NCBI GenBank assembly: GCA_004431415.1
Contig: QPMI01000599.1
Location: 186,001 to 250,000 of the forward strand
Direction: 5' to 3'
From: Cyanophora paradoxa CCMP329
Taxonomy: Eukaryota; Plantae; Glaucophyta
DNA: 64,000 nucleotides
In this document: in pieces, positions 60,305-64,000 of the stretch
How the letters are laid out: each line of letters begins with the position of its first letter
Numbering within the stretch: position 1 is the stretch's first letter
Made by a program: the position numbers and the translations under genes
Notes under the pieces: generated by a model
What the model saw: the letters and a program-made list of their open reading frames with translations, nothing else
Databases searched by the model: none
Told to the model about the DNA's origin: nothing

Positions 60305-62263
60305 GTATATACAGGCTGAAGTATAAGTAGGTTAGTTCGCGTTTGTTCTTTTCGGCTATAACTTTTATTTGAAAGCTCTGCGCATGCTCGCTTTGATTTG
60401 CTCTACAAGGGCTACATCTTGCGATCGGTACCGGTTTTCAGTGTGCGATCGGCGAATTCGAAGCTGAAGCCGCCGAGCTAAAATATAATCAAGTATACGT
60501 ACTCAGTGACTAGTACGTGTACAGCTGCGCATGCAGCTGCAGCTGCAGGTCCCCGGCCCACGTGCACGTGCACCGGCACTAGCTCTGCTGCCAGGCTGCG
60601 GCATGCGCAGCTTCTGCCCCGCGCGCGGTGCGCGGCCGGCCGCGCGCGGCCTCGAGCCCCGAGAGCTCATCCGAAACTCGATCTACTATACTATAGCTAT
60701 AGCTAGGCTAGCCGAACGCGGCGCACCCGGCCCGGCCGCGGGCCGGCCGGGCACAAGGAGCGCCGACGCCGGCTGGCGCTCGGCCACCGCCGAGCACGCC
60801 GAGCTCGGCATTCTGGAGGACGAGGGGGAGGACTCCCCTGGAGAGCGCTAGCCGGCGCCCGCTCGCCTCGAGTCCCGCAGCATCCAAAGCCCGGCCCGGC
60901 CCGGCGGGCCCGGCCGGGCCGGCCCCGGGCCCCGGCTGCGCGCGCCGCCTCATGCTCTGCTGCCAGGCTGCGGCATGCGCAGCTTCTGCCCGCGCGCGGT
61001 GCGCGGCCGCGCGCGCGGCCTCGAGCCCGAGAGCTCATCCGAAACTCGATCTACTATACTATAGCTATAGCTAGGCTAGCCGAACGCGGCGCACCCGGCC
61101 GGCCGCGGGCCGGCCGGGCACAAGGAGCGCCGACGCCGGCTGGCGCTCGGCCACCGCCGAGCACGCCGAGCTCGGCATTCTGGAGGACGAGGGGGAGGAC
61201 TCCCCTGGAGAGCGCTAGCCGGCGCCCGCTCGCCTCGAGTCCCGCAGCATCCAAAGCCCGCGGCCCGGCCCGGCGGGCCCGGCCGGGCCGGCCCCGGGCC
61301 CCGGCTGCGCGCGCCGCCTCATGAGGCGGCGCGCGCAGCCGGGGCCCGGGGGCCTGCAACTGGAGCTGCTCACAAGAAGTTGCAGGCTTGCACTAGTACT
61401 GCGGCAGCATGCAACAGTCCGGGATCATGATCATATCCGATGATCCGACGCCGGAGTCCGGACGCCGCCGGCCCGGCGGGACGCGGCCGGACTCCCGGGA
61501 CTCCGGAGTCCGGACTCCGGACTCCGGAGTCCGGATCCGGAGTCCGGGTCCAGACTCCAGAGTCCGGGAGTCGCGAGCCTCGCCGCCCTCGCGAGCCTCG
61601 CGATCGGAGTCGCGGCGCCGGCGCCCGGCCGGACTCCCGGGACTCCGGACTCCGGATCCGGAGTCCGGAGCCGCCGCCGCGGCCGGGCCGGCGCCGCCGG
61701 GCCGGCCCGCCGCCGGGCCGCCGGACCGATGGCCAATGGCCATGGTTTCAAGAAAACAAAGGTGACGCGAGTCCGTCATGGCGTCCATGCGGCCCGTCAT
61801 GGATCAGGCGCCAGCTCACCTGAGTTTGAACCGATGGAAGCCTAGGCCTGGGACGGCGCGCGCCGGCGCTGCCCGCTGCAGGATCACATGAAGCGCGGCC
61901 GGAGCTGGGACCCGCAGCACTGGCACCGCGGCTTGAAAGTGCGAGCAGCGACAAAAATCGCCGGTTTGGATTTCAAGACAATGGCCACGCGATACTTCCT
62001 CTTCCGGCCAGCGAAGCGAAAGAGGCTGGAGGCGTTGGATACATCGGATGCACTCGCATCACAGCAAAGATTCATCGGCGCGAAAGCGCACTCAGCCGGG
62101 GGAGACCTCGGCACGCCTTCTCAGCTTCAACTGGCCCCACCAGCTAAATGAGCTCGGGGCACCCGCTTCGCTGGCCGCAGCCTCGTCCAAACCACCTTCT
62201 GCCGCCGCCCACCGAAACTTATCGACGAATTTTGCAATGTGTGTATCCTAATCCGGCGCTCGG
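60305..62263 (+). repeat. Dispersed repeat family, copy 2, with an internal ~370-bp tandem duplication and a 60-bp perfect palindrome
   Basis: Homologous to 47019-50618. Near-identical units at 60582-60953 and 60954-61322; palindrome at 61292-61351. Confidence 0.88.
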
Positions 62264-62714
62264 CTAGCCGACCCGGCCTCCTCCGAGTCTGCCCCCCCGG
62301 GCCCTAGGCCTGTCCTGCTCGTGACCAACTTGCACCACTCGCATGGGCATCGCGATCCGGGGACTTGTATGGCCGCGCGCGGAGCACGTGCGGATCCGCG
62401 GATCAGATCCGCCCCTCAGGGCCTCCCGAGTATCGACCTCAGACTTGCCGAATATACTCAATCGCAAGCAGGGGAAGCTCCAAGTCTAAATTTAAAGATC
62501 CCATTGGAAATGCCAGCTATATAGCGATATATGACTAAGCACTGCAGCAACTTCTTGTGACTATCGCTACTCTGTTCTAGATCTGCCCTGTCTTCATCGT
62601 GAAGTTCGGCTCTGTTCTGTTCTGACCCTCGAGCTCAGTGACTCTGTCCCGGAGTCCTGCTCTAGATTTGTCCTGACGAGCCGAATCTAAGCCATCGAGC
62701 TCACCATCAGTACT

Positions 62715-64000
62715 CTAGGCGAAAGATATGGAGGCGCCTCCCGAGAGCTCCAGCGAGGACCCCTCCAGCACGGCGCAGGCGTCTGTGCACATTAGGTTCA
62801 GGTGGATCCCCCTGCGCGGCGGTCAGCGAATGAGTAACTAGGGCGCAGTGGGCGAGAGGGCGAGCTATTTTCGGATGCCGGCGCACCAGACTTTCCCCGC
62901 GTTCTCCTCCAGGGGAACGTACGCCCGGCTCCTGCCCGCAAGTCAGCGAGAGAACTCCCTTAATCATCGAGCCGGGGCCCAGGAGGGCCGGGCCGCGGCC
63001 GCGCCTGTTGGCGTCAAGGACAAGGGTGCCGTAGCTCTCGAGACGGTCGTAGAACGAGTTGTGCGCCAGCCGCGCCTGCACCGTGTCGATGATGCCTGCG
63101 CGGGGCCCCTCAGGGGAGATCGAGGGAGGGTAGATGGGGGGTAGAGGCGCCGAGCCTCGGAGCCAGTCGCTACGGCACACGAGCCGAGCCGAGCTCAGCC
63201 GGGCTCAGACGAGCTGAGTAGGGAATCGAAGATAGCCGCGGAGATAGAGGCGCCGGCGCTAAGCTTCTTCGATCGCTACTCTGAGACGAGCCGAGCCGGC
63301 CGCAGGGCACCTCTTGAGACGCGTAAGCGCCTCACTGGCGCGCTCCTCGAGTCCGCCACATACATCTGGAGGGCGCGCGGGGGGGGAGGGGGGGGGGGGA
63401 AGGCTCAAGGGGGAGGGGATGGGGATGGGGGTACTGCGTGCGGCACCTCGGTGAAGTAGAGCGTGTCCGTGGGGGCGTAGTAGCCCTGCGAGTGCACGAT
63501 CGGGTAATAGACCGTCGCTGCGGGGGTACGGGGCGTCAGGGTGGGGGGTGGGGGGGTACGGCGCGTCAGGCAAGGGGGAGGCTCGCCCGCGGTCCCCACG
63601 CCTGCGCCATCGAGAGGCGTAGTGAGGGGAGGGAAAGGGGAAGGGGGAGAAGGAGGGGGGGCGAAGCCTGGGCACCGTCCCTGCCGGTCTTTGCGGTGCC
63701 CAGCGGCCCCGTCACCGTCCGTATCTGCGGCGCCCGCTCAGCCCCTCCGCGGCCTGGAAGGGGAGAGGGGTGGGGTGGGGGTGGGGGGTGGGGGGGGCGC
63801 ACCGAGCGGGCGCCCAGCTTGACGACGCGGAGGTGGTGCGTCCACTGCAGCGGGCCGGGCGTGGGTGGGAGCGGGGGGGGGGGGGGGGGGGGGGGGAGGG
63901 GGGGGGCGCGGGCACGGGTGGGGCGGAGGGAAGGGGGGAGGAAGGGGGCGGGGAGGGAGGGGGGTGGGGCGTACCCACTGGGCGTAGACGAGTGTGTCGT
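62715..64000 (-). CDS. 3' part of an unidentified multi-exon gene (5' end outside the window)
   Basis: Exon-like blocks DTLVYAQW, ATVYYPIVHSQGYYAPTDTLYFTE, GIIDTVQARLAHNSFYDRLESYGTLVLDANR and GIHLNLMCTDACAVLEGSSLELSGGASISFA*, separated by C-rich introns. Frame of the final exon is uncertain. Confidence 0.55.

Noticed and set aside
60310-60325. TA|CAGGCTGAA as the left TIR of a mariner-like element defining the dispersed repeat
   Set aside because: No matching right TIR was found near the end of either copy.

Overview
Gene-dense, very GC-rich eukaryotic nuclear DNA with many short spliceosomal introns. Most long entries in the ORF track are shadow frames, so I assembled genes by eye across GT/GC-AG introns and exon boundaries are approximate. 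A plastid-targeted ribosome hibernation factor whose presequence begins MAFVLNVP suggests a glaucophyte (Cyanophora-like) alga; this is inference. Recognisable genes: RanBP9/10 (SPRY-LisH-CTLH), SF3B5, an F-box protein, GNA1, PRP38B, PSRP1/long HPF, a SOX/MATA-class HMG-box factor, AP-2 alpha-adaptin, an FSIP1-like protein, an Sfi1-like coiled-coil protein and two paralogues of an unnamed family. There is also a large Cys-less pentameric ligand-gated ion channel with a very long N-terminal region of repeated beta-rich modules. Positions 46.7-52 kb and 59.6-62.7 kb are repeat-rich and include a 2.2-kb TA-flanked TIR element carrying a ~149-bp A/B satellite, inserted in one copy of a dispersed repeat. 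The most unusual signal appears when repeat copies are compared: they differ by many 6-bp insertions of the form X -> X + revcomp(X) + X for a 3-mer X. Iterated, this appears to generate the palindrome-saturated intergenic DNA seen throughout the window.
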